Shown: positions 56,343-64,000 of the stretch, in pieces
Layout of the letters: every line of letters begins with the position of its first letter
Position numbering within the stretch: the first letter of the stretch is position 1
Assembly: GCA_000995415.1 (NCBI GenBank)
Contig: LCEX01000003.1
Span: 15,470 to 79,469 of the forward strand
DNA length: 64,000 nt
Source of the DNA: Candidatus Gottesmanbacteria bacterium GW2011_GWC1_43_10
GTDB lineage: Bacteria > Patescibacteriota > Microgenomatia > UBA10105
Direction of reading: 5' to 3'
Notes under the pieces: model-generated
Told to the model about the DNA's origin: nothing
The model's database searches: none
The model's input: the letters and a program-made list of their open reading frames with translations, nothing else
Program-made: the position numbers and the translations under genes

Positions 56343-57382
56343 TATTCATTCCGGCAATTCTCCTTAATTCACTGGGTTTGGTGACACTTTTATCCCGTGA
56401 TCCTGTCCTCTTTTATCAGCAGGCAATATTTACGGCCGTCGGACTTGGCTTGTTTTGGTTGTTTTACCATATTGATTTTGAACTGTATCAGTATCTCTAC
56501 AAATTTTTTTACGTGGGAGCAATTTTATTTTTGCTTATGGCTTTTTTAGGGCCCAATGTCCGTGGTGCTACCCGATGGATAGACCTAGGAGGATTTCGGA
56601 TTCAGCCGTCGGAAATCATTAAGCCATTTTTTCTCATCACTCTTGCTAGTCTGTTGGTGCGGTATCCGCCAACAAAGATCAAGTTTATTCTCTATCATTT
56701 GGGACTTTTTGGGCTGCCGTTTTTGATCATATATAAACAACCTGATTTGGGAAACGCGATTGTCTATGCTGGGATGTGGTTATTTTCTGTAGTGTTAGCT
56801 GGGATGCCGGTGTGGTTTCTGGTTTTAGGTGGGGGAGTTTTAGGTGGATTGTTGCCTTTTGGTTATAGATTGTTGCACGAATACCAAAGACAGCGCATCT
56901 TGACTTTTCTTAATCCGCTTTCAGATCCACGGGGAACTGGTTACAATGCAATCCAAGCGATGATCGCAGTCGGATCAGGCCAATGGTTTGGCCGCGGTTT
57001 TGGTAAGGGAACGCAATCACTCCTGAATTTTCTGCCCGAGCAACATACGGATTTCATTTTCGCCGCGTTTAGCGAAGAATTCGGCTTTATAGGAGCTCTG
57101 GTTTTACTTGCGATTTTCTTTATATTTTTGTGGAAAGTTTTGCGACTCACAAATCTGCGACAGGATCGCCAGCTGGCCTTTTTGTATAGTGCCGGTTTTT
57201 TTACCCAACTGTTTATTCATGTAATTATAAATGTGGGTATGAACCTGGGTTTGGTGCCGATCACCGGGATCACCTTGCCGTTTATTTCTTACGGTGGCAG
57301 CTCTTTGATTTCACTCTGGATCGGTTTGGGGATCTTGTTTAGCGCTGATTTTGAGCCTCACCAGGCGGCAAGTAGGGGTTGA
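56309..57382 (+). CDS. rodA: SEDS protein RodA
   Basis: 'RGATRW', 'QPSE..K', 'YQRQRI..FLNP..DP.G.GYN..Q..IAVGSG', 'GTQS.L.FLPEQHTDFIF'. Confidence 0.9.
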   Translation: MGRQTRTFAWLVFIPAILLNSLGLVTLLSRDPVLFYQQAIFTAVGLGLFWLFYHIDFELYQYLYKFFYVGAILFLLMAFLGPNVRGATRWIDLGGFRIQPSEIIKPFFLITLASLLVRYPPTKIKFILYHLGLFGLPFLIIYKQPDLGNAIVYAGMWLFSVVLAGMPVWFLVLGGGVLGGLLPFGYRLLHEYQRQRILTFLNPLSDPRGTGYNAIQAMIAVGSGQWFGRGFGKGTQSLLNFLPEQHTDFIFAAFSEEFGFIGALVLLAIFFIFLWKVLRLTNLRQDRQLAFLYSAGFFTQLFIHVIINVGMNLGLVPITGITLPFISYGGSSLISLWIGLGILFSADFEPHQAASRG

Positions 57383-57454
57383 ACCCTTGTAATCAAGGCC
57401 AATTTTTGTTAAAATGGAGGTAAGATTTTAGGCCTAACAAAGAGTTAAACCTAT

Positions 57455-57814
57455 ATGTACGCAGTTGTTAAAATTGGTGGTAACCAATATAAAGTCACTC
57501 CCAAAGACACGCTTCAGGTCGATCACCTGGCGGGTAATGTCGGCGATACAGTCAAATTCCCGGCACTTCTGGTAGCGGACGGAGACAGAGTTGAAGTTGG
57601 CAAGGAAGCGTTTACGACAGAAGTGGTGATGAAGATTTTGAGCCATTTGCGGGGAGAAAAGATTGATGTGCACCGTTTTCGAGCCAAATCCCGGACGCGG
57701 CGTCATGTAGGTTTTCGTGCGAGCCTCACCAATCTTGAGGTCCAGAGTATCGGCCAACCTCAAGCTAAACCCAAAAAGGCCAAAGCTGTTTCTTCCAAAA
57801 CCTCACACCCATAA
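57455..57814 (+). CDS. rplU: 50S ribosomal protein L21
   Basis: 'MYAVVKIGGNQYKV', 'RGEKI.V.RF.AKSR.RR..GFR'. Confidence 0.96.
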   Translation: MYAVVKIGGNQYKVTPKDTLQVDHLAGNVGDTVKFPALLVADGDRVEVGKEAFTTEVVMKILSHLRGEKIDVHRFRAKSRTRRHVGFRASLTNLEVQSIGQPQAKPKKAKAVSSKTSHP

Positions 57815-57823
57815 AAACATGGC

Positions 57824-59005
57824 ATGAAGACATACATCTTTCTACTTGGTCAAGCTCGAGAACTGTGTTTGGCAGAGTTGACAGAGGTGCTTAAATTCTT
57901 CCGTTTGGGACATCCTTCTGTTTCGGGTAATTTAGCTTTTGTCCAATCCGCATCGTCACTTGAGTGCGACCAATTGCAATCGCTTCTCGGAGGCACGATC
58001 AAAATTGCCGAGATTAGGGGGAAAATCCCGGACTTGACAGCCGAGTCGATAGTCGAATTCATGGATGTGGGCGAAAAGACTAGTTATACTTTTAGTCTGA
58101 GTGTTTATTCACCCGAGCCAAAGATAGATGAGTCCTTACACGGCGAAGTTAAAGCATTGCTCACGCCAAAATTCAGTTCTGTTCGTTATGTTTTGCCCAA
58201 AAACGACACTTTATCTAGTGTGGTCGTGACTAAACAACGCGTGGATGAGTATTTACTGGTATTTGATTCTAAGGAAAAAGTTTGGTTGATAGCTAAAACC
58301 GTTTCTGTGCAAAATGTGGAATCCTGGAGTAAGCGTGATTTTGGTCGGCCGTTTGCCGATCCAAAAGCGGGGATGTTACCACCAAAAGTAGCGCGGATGA
58401 TGGTCAACTTAGCTTTGCCTGAATCGCCGGGTGCCACGAAATCATTACTCGATCCGTTTTGCGGAATGGGGACGATTTTGGCCGAAGGTTCAGTTTCCGG
58501 CTGGCAGGTCGTTGGGAGTGACCAGTCTGCGGTAGTAGTTGAGAAAGCTCGGAAAAACCTTGACTGGTTGGTTAGCGAGTTTGATCTTAAACTAACTGAT
58601 TTCAAATTGTATGTGGCTGATGCGACTCATGTCTCAAAGCAACTTTCCGGAGTGACAGTTTCTGCCATCGTGACTGAACCTTTTTTAGGCGCGCCTTTTG
58701 AACTGCGGGCTGGCCGACTCACCCAAAAGGGTCGTCCCGCATCGACTGAATCTATAGAAAATACCTTAAAAGGCTTACAAAAACTGTATTTGGGTGCCTT
58801 GAAAGATTGGACCAAAATTTTGGCCAAAAACGGCAAGGTGGTGATGGTTTGGCCCGAAATCAACTTCAACCAACGCCAATATCCCGTGAAAAAATTGGTT
58901 GACAGCTGTGAAAAACTAGGTTATACTCTCACCCAAGGTCCGTATACGTATGGCAGACCGCAGGCGGTGGTAAAAAGGAAGATCTACGTATTTAAAAAAA
59001 TTTAA
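57824..59005 (+). CDS. Trm11/THUMP-type RNA methyltransferase-like protein
   Basis: 'RDFGRP...GMLPPKVARMMVNL', 'LLDPFCGMGT', 'GSD', 'DAT', 'IVTEPFLG'. Confidence 0.75.
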   Translation: MKTYIFLLGQARELCLAELTEVLKFFRLGHPSVSGNLAFVQSASSLECDQLQSLLGGTIKIAEIRGKIPDLTAESIVEFMDVGEKTSYTFSLSVYSPEPKIDESLHGEVKALLTPKFSSVRYVLPKNDTLSSVVVTKQRVDEYLLVFDSKEKVWLIAKTVSVQNVESWSKRDFGRPFADPKAGMLPPKVARMMVNLALPESPGATKSLLDPFCGMGTILAEGSVSGWQVVGSDQSAVVVEKARKNLDWLVSEFDLKLTDFKLYVADATHVSKQLSGVTVSAIVTEPFLGAPFELRAGRLTQKGRPASTESIENTLKGLQKLYLGALKDWTKILAKNGKVVMVWPEINFNQRQYPVKKLVDSCEKLGYTLTQGPYTYGRPQAVVKRKIYVFKKI

Positions 59006-59077
59006 AGTTTAAAAATCAAAATGTAAAATTAGGGAAATTTTTTCAAAATTTTTCATTTTGATCTTTGCATTTGTTTT
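59000..59077. repeat. Inverted pair of degenerate heptamer arrays upstream of rpmA
   Basis: TTAAAGT TTAAAAA TCAAAAT GTAAAAT ... CATTTTG ATCTTTG CATTTGT. Confidence 0.55.
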
Positions 59078-59326
59078 ATGGCCCATATCAAAACTGCCGG
59101 TACAACCAAAGGCAACCGTGATTCCCGTGGCAAACGCTTAGGGATCAAGCTTTATGGCGGAGAAAAAGCCAGTGTCGGAAATATCGTGGTTCGTCAAAAA
59201 GGCACCAAAGTCCATCCTGGTCTGGGGACTTCGATGGGCAAAGATTTTACTATTTTCGCTCTGACTTCAGGGCTAGTCAAATTTTCAACCAGAATGGGTA
59301 AAAAAATAGTTTCAGTGGTGAGTTAA
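59078..59326 (+). CDS. rpmA: 50S ribosomal protein L27
   Basis: 'MAH.K..G.T...RDS.GKRLG.K..GG', 'RQKGTK.HPG', 'GKD.TIFAL..G'. Confidence 0.97.
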   Translation: MAHIKTAGTTKGNRDSRGKRLGIKLYGGEKASVGNIVVRQKGTKVHPGLGTSMGKDFTIFALTSGLVKFSTRMGKKIVSVVS

Positions 59327-60136
59327 ATGGCAAATTCAAGTCAAATCGTCGATCTGGATATTGAAGTACTACAACCCAATCCGTTACAACCCCGGAGCCT
59401 GATTTCGGCTGATTCCCTCAAGGATCTCATGTCTTCGATCAAAGCAAGCGGGATTTTGGAGCCGTTGGTGGTAGCCAAGACTCCAGCCGGATATCAAATT
59501 ATCGCTGGCGAGAGGAGATGGCGCGCAGCCAAACTGGCTGGTATGACTACGGTGCCAGTGATCATCAAAGAAACCACGGCACGGGAAATGCTCGAGATGG
59601 CGATTGTCGAAAACGTCCAGCGGGAGGACTTAAATCCGATAGAACGGGCCCAAGCTTTTGAAAGGTTGATTGAAGAGTTTGGTTTGCCGGTATCAGAAAT
59701 CGCCAAACGCATCGGCAAAAGCGATTCATATGTGTCTAATACTTTGCGTCTTCTGACTTTGCCGGATGCGATCAAAGATGGGTTGATGTCGGGCGCGATC
59801 ACCGAGGGCCATGCCCGGGCGATTGCCGGATTGGGTGATGTGAAACTGATGGTTGATGCTTACAAAACGATTTTATCGGAAAATGCTTCAGTCAGGCGGG
59901 CGGAAGATTTAGCCAGAAGGCTCAAATCGGAAGCAGCCAAAAAAATACATTCGCGGGTAGAACGGATTCACAATGAGGAACTGGACAAAATCGCCTCAGA
60001 TCTAGCCCAGGCTGTCGAGGGTTTGGTTAAGATCACCCAATCAAAAGTAGAAGCCCGAGTGATACTTGTGATTCGGGGCAATTTGGAAAAAACTTCAAAA
60101 ATTATTAAAGAACTTCACCAAAAGGTTGCGGTTTGA
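59327..60136 (+). CDS. parB: ParB/Spo0J chromosome partition protein
   Basis: 'PNPLQPR', 'GILEP', 'IIAGERRWRAA', 'ENVQREDLNPIE.A', HTH, 'EGHAR'. Confidence 0.95.
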   Translation: MANSSQIVDLDIEVLQPNPLQPRSLISADSLKDLMSSIKASGILEPLVVAKTPAGYQIIAGERRWRAAKLAGMTTVPVIIKETTAREMLEMAIVENVQREDLNPIERAQAFERLIEEFGLPVSEIAKRIGKSDSYVSNTLRLLTLPDAIKDGLMSGAITEGHARAIAGLGDVKLMVDAYKTILSENASVRRAEDLARRLKSEAAKKIHSRVERIHNEELDKIASDLAQAVEGLVKITQSKVEARVILVIRGNLEKTSKIIKELHQKVAV

Positions 60137-60145
60137 GTCCTTCCC

Positions 60146-60718
60146 CTAATCAACGGACGGATATTTGATCCTGTCAATTAGCCCAAAGCGATTGAATGGC
60201 CAATACCGGAGTTGTGAGCGGCCGATGATAGAGGAACGGGGAATCGGGCCCCATTCGCGCGAGTCGCTACTTCGTGGCCGATTATCTCCCGAGACAAAAT
60301 AATAATCATCTGGGATGACGATCTCGACTCCTTCTTTGAGATAAGCCCCATTGTAGGTATACAGTTCCGGAGCAATATAAGGTTCCTGAAGTTCGACGCC
60401 ATTTATATAATAGTGATTATTGACCAATTTGAGTTTTTCTCCGGGTAGGCCGATGATTCGTTTGATATAATCTATTTCCGGATTTTGAGGTGACTTAAAC
60501 ACAATCACATCACCACGCTTGGGGTCGCCGAAGCGGTATTCGAATTTGTTGGTCAGAATATACTCTTTATCATGAAAATTGGGTTCCATCGAAGCTCCCT
60601 TTACTTGGTGTGGTTGGTACAAAAATAGATAGAAGACGACGAAGATAGCCAGAGCCACGACCACGGATTCAAGGATGTCAAAAAAGAAGTTAAATATGCG
60701 CCGGATCAAACTTATCAT
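60146..60718 (-). CDS. lepB: Signal peptidase I
   Basis: 'V.GASMEPN', 'RGDVIVF', 'YIKRIIGLPG', 'GDNR..SSDSR.WG'; ATG at 60718 preferred. Confidence 0.96.
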   Translation of the reverse strand: MISLIRRIFNFFFDILESVVVALAIFVVFYLFLYQPHQVKGASMEPNFHDKEYILTNKFEYRFGDPKRGDVIVFKSPQNPEIDYIKRIIGLPGEKLKLVNNHYYINGVELQEPYIAPELYTYNGAYLKEGVEIVIPDDYYFVSGDNRPRSSDSREWGPIPRSSIIGRSQLRYWPFNRFGLIDRIKYPSVD

Positions 60719-60844
60719 AAAAAAGCAAGCTCTGCCTCTTCGGTAGGTCGCCAATGAGGCAACCTCCAACTAAAAAAAGCGAGGGCAATCGCCTATAAAT
60801 TGAGTATAACCAAGTGGTATAATATACGCAAGTTTCAACCCCAA

Positions 60845-60881
60845 TTTCCTCTCCTTTTAAGGAGAGGAGTAAGGTGAGGTT
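60845..60881. repeat. CCTC-hairpin repeat family, copy upstream of the tRNA
   Basis: TTCCTCTCCTTTTAAGGAGAGGAGTAAGGTGAGGT, reverse-orientation relative of 17520-17556. Confidence 0.8.
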
Positions 60882-60894
60882 GAAAATCAAGAGC

Positions 60895-60968
60895 GGGCGC
60901 ATAGCTCAGTTGGCTAGAGCGTTGCATTCACATTGCAAAGGCCCATGGTTCAAATCCATGTGCGCCCA
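60895..60968 (+). tRNA. tRNA-Val(CAC), CCA not encoded
   Basis: Acceptor GGGCGCA/TGCGCCC; D arm GCTC/GAGC; anticodon arm TTGCA-TTCACAT-TGCAA; T arm CATGG-TTCAAAT-CCATG; discriminator A. Confidence 0.97.
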
Positions 60969-60993
60969 CACTTTAGAAATTTAGAAAACAAAG

Positions 60994-61356
60994 ATGAGTA
61001 ACGAAGGCAGTTTAAAGGCGCGAAAGAGTCCAAAATTTCCTGAATCAGGAATAGGAATAAGATTGCCAATTGATGCAGTTATATTGGATAATAATTTATT
61101 TGCTACTGGCAGATCAAATCCTGATTGGGATTTGGACGGTAGATTAGTAGGATATAAATGCAGTATGTGTCCACTCGCGAATTGGTCTGTTCCTGCTTCC
61201 GACAACTCGGCTCAAGCATGGAGTGCCCTACAGGCACACGTTCGTGAAAAACACAAGTTATGGGGTCAGAAGCCTGAAGGTCTCCGACCTACTTTGTATC
61301 GAGTCTATATGATATTTCCGGGTTTGGCCAAGCCAGATCCTGCAAGTAAATATTGA
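60994..61356 (+). CDS. Hypothetical protein with a possible C2H2 zinc site
   Basis: 'CSMC' followed by 'HVREKH'; no family recognised. Confidence 0.55.
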   Translation: MSNEGSLKARKSPKFPESGIGIRLPIDAVILDNNLFATGRSNPDWDLDGRLVGYKCSMCPLANWSVPASDNSAQAWSALQAHVREKHKLWGQKPEGLRPTLYRVYMIFPGLAKPDPASKY

Positions 61357-61444
61357 TATTATTTACTTTTTGGTTAAAACACTGTAAACGCCGGGACCAA
61401 CAATTTAATTGATTTTTTGTTGACGAACGACTACGCTATTATGC

Positions 61445-62254
61445 ATGGAACCTGTTTCTGCCGATTTGCCAAATCCAAGTTCATCTACTCTACCGCCAAC
61501 TTTACCAGAATTAACTAATCGTTCTCGACATCCAAAGAAAAGATTAGCCATATTACTCCTCATATTTTTCGGATTAATGATTTCATCTGTAGCTGGATTT
61601 TTATATTTGGAAAGCCCAGACCGCGCTCAAAAAAGATTACTACTTAACGCCCAAGAGTGGAGAAATAAATTCACCACACCATCAGTTCAGCCAGTTTACT
61701 TCGCCCCATCACCTTTAACTAACGATAAATTGATAAGTCCGTCAGTCAGCTCGTCTCCAACTTTGACTCCAGAAGCAACTACACTTATCGATTTACCCTT
61801 TTTATTTCCAGAATTATCTTGGATAAAAATCGTGGGTAATAATTTTGAAGATATTAATAAACTTTACGTGACATCTGACGACTACACCCTTTTTTCGGAA
61901 GAAGTTGGTTTAAAGAGTCAAGGTTGGGTAGCTAAAAAAGAAAACTTAAGCGAAAAGGAGTTGTTAGATGTTTCTGAAAAATTTAGATTGTTTTATGGGT
62001 CAGAATTTGAAAAACTAAATTGGAAGTGGCAGGCATCAATACCCAATTATAAATTTATGACAATCGTTGCTGACGGTCCAAATGGAAGTGCTTGGGGTCT
62101 TATTGGTGTAAGGGAAAATAATTTAAGAGTGATTACTCTGAGTGAATCCAGAAGTGGAATTGGGTTTGAGAACTGTCCATGCGCGATCACTTTTGAAGTG
62201 TACTTGAGCGAGATATATCCCATTGCGAAAGTAATTTCATCTGTTGAAAAGTAA
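61445..62254 (+). CDS. Membrane-anchored hypothetical protein
   Basis: Basic patch plus TM, Ser/Pro/Thr linker, globular domain ending 'CPC..TFEVYLS'. Confidence 0.8.
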   Translation: MEPVSADLPNPSSSTLPPTLPELTNRSRHPKKRLAILLLIFFGLMISSVAGFLYLESPDRAQKRLLLNAQEWRNKFTTPSVQPVYFAPSPLTNDKLISPSVSSSPTLTPEATTLIDLPFLFPELSWIKIVGNNFEDINKLYVTSDDYTLFSEEVGLKSQGWVAKKENLSEKELLDVSEKFRLFYGSEFEKLNWKWQASIPNYKFMTIVADGPNGSAWGLIGVRENNLRVITLSESRSGIGFENCPCAITFEVYLSEIYPIAKVISSVEK

Positions 62255-62321
62255 TATATACCCACACCCGGTGTGGGTTAGCTTCATTAGGTATTTTTTA
62301 CGCCGATAATTTACTGAAATT

Positions 62322-62615
62322 CTAGAGTGTTTCTTGAAGAGATTGAAGATCACCAGTTAATAAGTTGTATCCCTCTTCAGTAATCGTTTTTCCTTTAAGG
62401 AGTTTTAGTTCTGTTAGCATGGCTTTCAAAGCCATTTTTGCCAATTGCTTGCGATTTGCATTATAAAGTTTTTCAGCTGCATTAGCCTCAGCTAAAAGAG
62501 TTCTGTATGTAGGTTGATTTGTGATCCACCCCAGTTCATGCGCGTTGGTAACATCTGCTTGCAAAGAATCAAATGTAACCAATGGTTTGATTTCTGAACT
62601 ACCAGTTGCTTTTTT
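62322..62615 (-). CDS. C-terminal helical (FIMAH-like) module of the adjacent gene, in the -1 frame
   Basis: Frame opens only at the A7 tract (62616-62610); 'LGWITN', 'GKTITEEGYNLL..DL'. Confidence 0.55.
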   Translation of the reverse strand, partial: KKATGSSEIKPLVTFDSLQADVTNAHELGWITNQPTYRTLLAEANAAEKLYNANRKQLAKMALKAMLTELKLLKGKTITEEGYNLLTGDLQSLQETL

Positions 62616-64000
62616 TCACCGGATTGATTATATATGTAAGAATCAAGTCGGTATGGTTGGTTATCTGGAGAGGAAATATAGAGTGTATAATTTCCTTGAG
62701 GAGGATGTTTGAAATAGAGAACTTTAAGCGTTTCTTCCTCTGGTGGAGTTTGAGAAATTTGATTAAAATATGGTTCTTCAATTTCTACCTGGCCCACGGA
62801 TTCATTATTTGAATTAAGAAGTTGTATATCTACTGTATTATCAACTACCAAGATGAGATATGAAAAGTCACTATTTGTGACTTCAAATTTATCAACACGG
62901 ATTGGTGACTGATAGTGCGGACTTAAAGTCGTCCGATCAGCATGTGCCGGATCTAAAATGTTATACGTACTTTCAGCTGAACCGGTCGCGACAACAAAGT
63001 GTAAACCGCTGGTACTTGGAGAATAATCAAGTTTAAGTATGGGTTTTCTTCCCGCGTTTAGTTCTTCATCGATATCTGATAAATTGGTGCTTTGACTATA
63101 CTCAAGTTTGGGACTCGTTGGGTCAAGTTCATTGGATTTTATAGTCATATTGGCAATACTTGCAAAATTAGTATTACCATTTCTAAAACTACCATCATTT
63201 ACACTTATTAACCATTCGTTTAGCGAGCCTGGGTCTAAATCTTTGGGAGGAAGCCCTGTATCGGGATTTCCGGGAGTTTTGGTGATATTGAAATACTTCA
63301 AAACCATGGCTGCAGAAGTTAGGGCGCAAGCTTTATCAGCCATCGTCGCATCCATATGATCATAAGTATTTCCACCCCAAAGCGGGTCTGATTGGGAAAA
63401 ATAAGGGATGGGCGCAGTCTCTTCCGCCAATCCTACGCGCCAGACACTTCCAGTGTCCAGACCTGCATAATACAATCTTAATTTATTGGCAACCCTTATT
63501 ACATCTGGGGCTGCAATCATATTTTGGTCAAATGCCGCAAACCCTCCTCGACCAAGGACATAGTTTGCATCTTTAGTCCAGTTAATTCCGTCAGTCGATG
63601 TCGCGTGACCAATATAATAAGGTACTATTGGACCAGCATGGTAGTATATGTGATAGTTTTGTCCGTCAAAATATACTGATGGAGCTCCAACAGATGTTCC
63701 TTCCCAAGACAAAGAAGTTTGTAGCACTGGATTTAGAAGTCTATTCCAATTTATTCCATCAGTCGATGAGGCATAACCAATTTTTCCTACACCCACACTG
63801 TCTCGCGTTCCGTACCACATTTTGTATTCTCCGTTGACATAAAGAACTGTAGGGCTTAATACTCCTTCGGATTCCCACCCAACCCCATCCCTTCTTCGGA
63901 GAACATAGCCTTGTCTTGTCCAGTTAGTGCCATCGTTTGAAGTAGCATATTTAATTCGAAAAGTTTCACTGCCGGGGCCAGTATATTGAGCTGTTGATAA
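62492..64000 (-). CDS. Multidomain protein: glycosidase-like beta-propeller plus C39-like peptidase, 5'-truncated by window edge
   Basis: Frame open to base 64000; three 'A(T/S)S.DG.NW' repeats; 'PYFSQ.DP.W', 'CALTSAAM', 'HFVV', 'ILDP'. Confidence 0.8.
   Translation of the reverse strand, partial: LSTAQYTGPGSETFRIKYATSNDGTNWTRQGYVLRRRDGVGWESEGVLSPTVLYVNGEYKMWYGTRDSVGVGKIGYASSTDGINWNRLLNPVLQTSLSWEGTSVGAPSVYFDGQNYHIYYHAGPIVPYYIGHATSTDGINWTKDANYVLGRGGFAAFDQNMIAAPDVIRVANKLRLYYAGLDTGSVWRVGLAEETAPIPYFSQSDPLWGGNTYDHMDATMADKACALTSAAMVLKYFNITKTPGNPDTGLPPKDLDPGSLNEWLISVNDGSFRNGNTNFASIANMTIKSNELDPTSPKLEYSQSTNLSDIDEELNAGRKPILKLDYSPSTSGLHFVVATGSAESTYNILDPAHADRTTLSPHYQSPIRVDKFEVTNSDFSYLILVVDNTVDIQLLNSNNESVGQVEIEEPYFNQISQTPPEEETLKVLYFKHPPQGNYTLYISSPDNQPYRLDSYIYNQSGEKKQLVVQKSNHWLHLILCKQMLPTRMNWGGSQINLHTELF

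Noticed and set aside
1-64000. TGA-to-Gly recoding (code 25) as in some CPR lineages
   Set aside because: Conserved genes such as ftsA, murC, murG and parB end at TGA at expected lengths, and genes are not fragmented under code 11.
60895-64000. Prophage or integrative element at tRNA-Val
   Set aside because: No integrase, phage genes or att repeat are visible within the window.

Overview
A 64-kb chromosomal segment read with genetic code 11. Gene content and style suggest a Patescibacteria/CPR bacterium, probably Microgenomates; this is inference, not a database result. Layout: (1) 1-24.5 kb, a surface-glycosylation locus with many GT-C, GT4 and GT2 glycosyltransferases, a flippase, an O-antigen-ligase/GT-C fusion, ManC, a priming sugar transferase and a DUF4012-like protein. 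(2) recO and an alpha2-type glycyl-tRNA synthetase. (3) 27.9-52.4 kb, an expanded dcw cluster from mraZ to ftsZ that also carries FemABX, an archaeal-type GlmU-like enzyme and a DegT aminotransferase; no murD or ddl is visible. (4) ileS (type 2), rodA, rplU, a methyltransferase, rpmA, parB, lepB, tRNA-Val(CAC) and ORFan/surface genes. The most notable signals are non-coding. Two transcription-terminator-type T-box riboswitches have an ultrashort Stem I, and the glycine one also lacks Stem II, giving an apparently minimal ~105-nt T-box. There is also a dense set of small palindromic and heptamer repeats. A GIY-YIG nuclease gene is bracketed by inverted GTCAT...ATGAC palindromes, and gene-less relatives are scattered through the window, one in-frame inside the IleRS editing domain. 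Hairpin modules of 15/30 nt sit nested inside each other and inside other repeats, and 7-mer arrays occur inside proteins.
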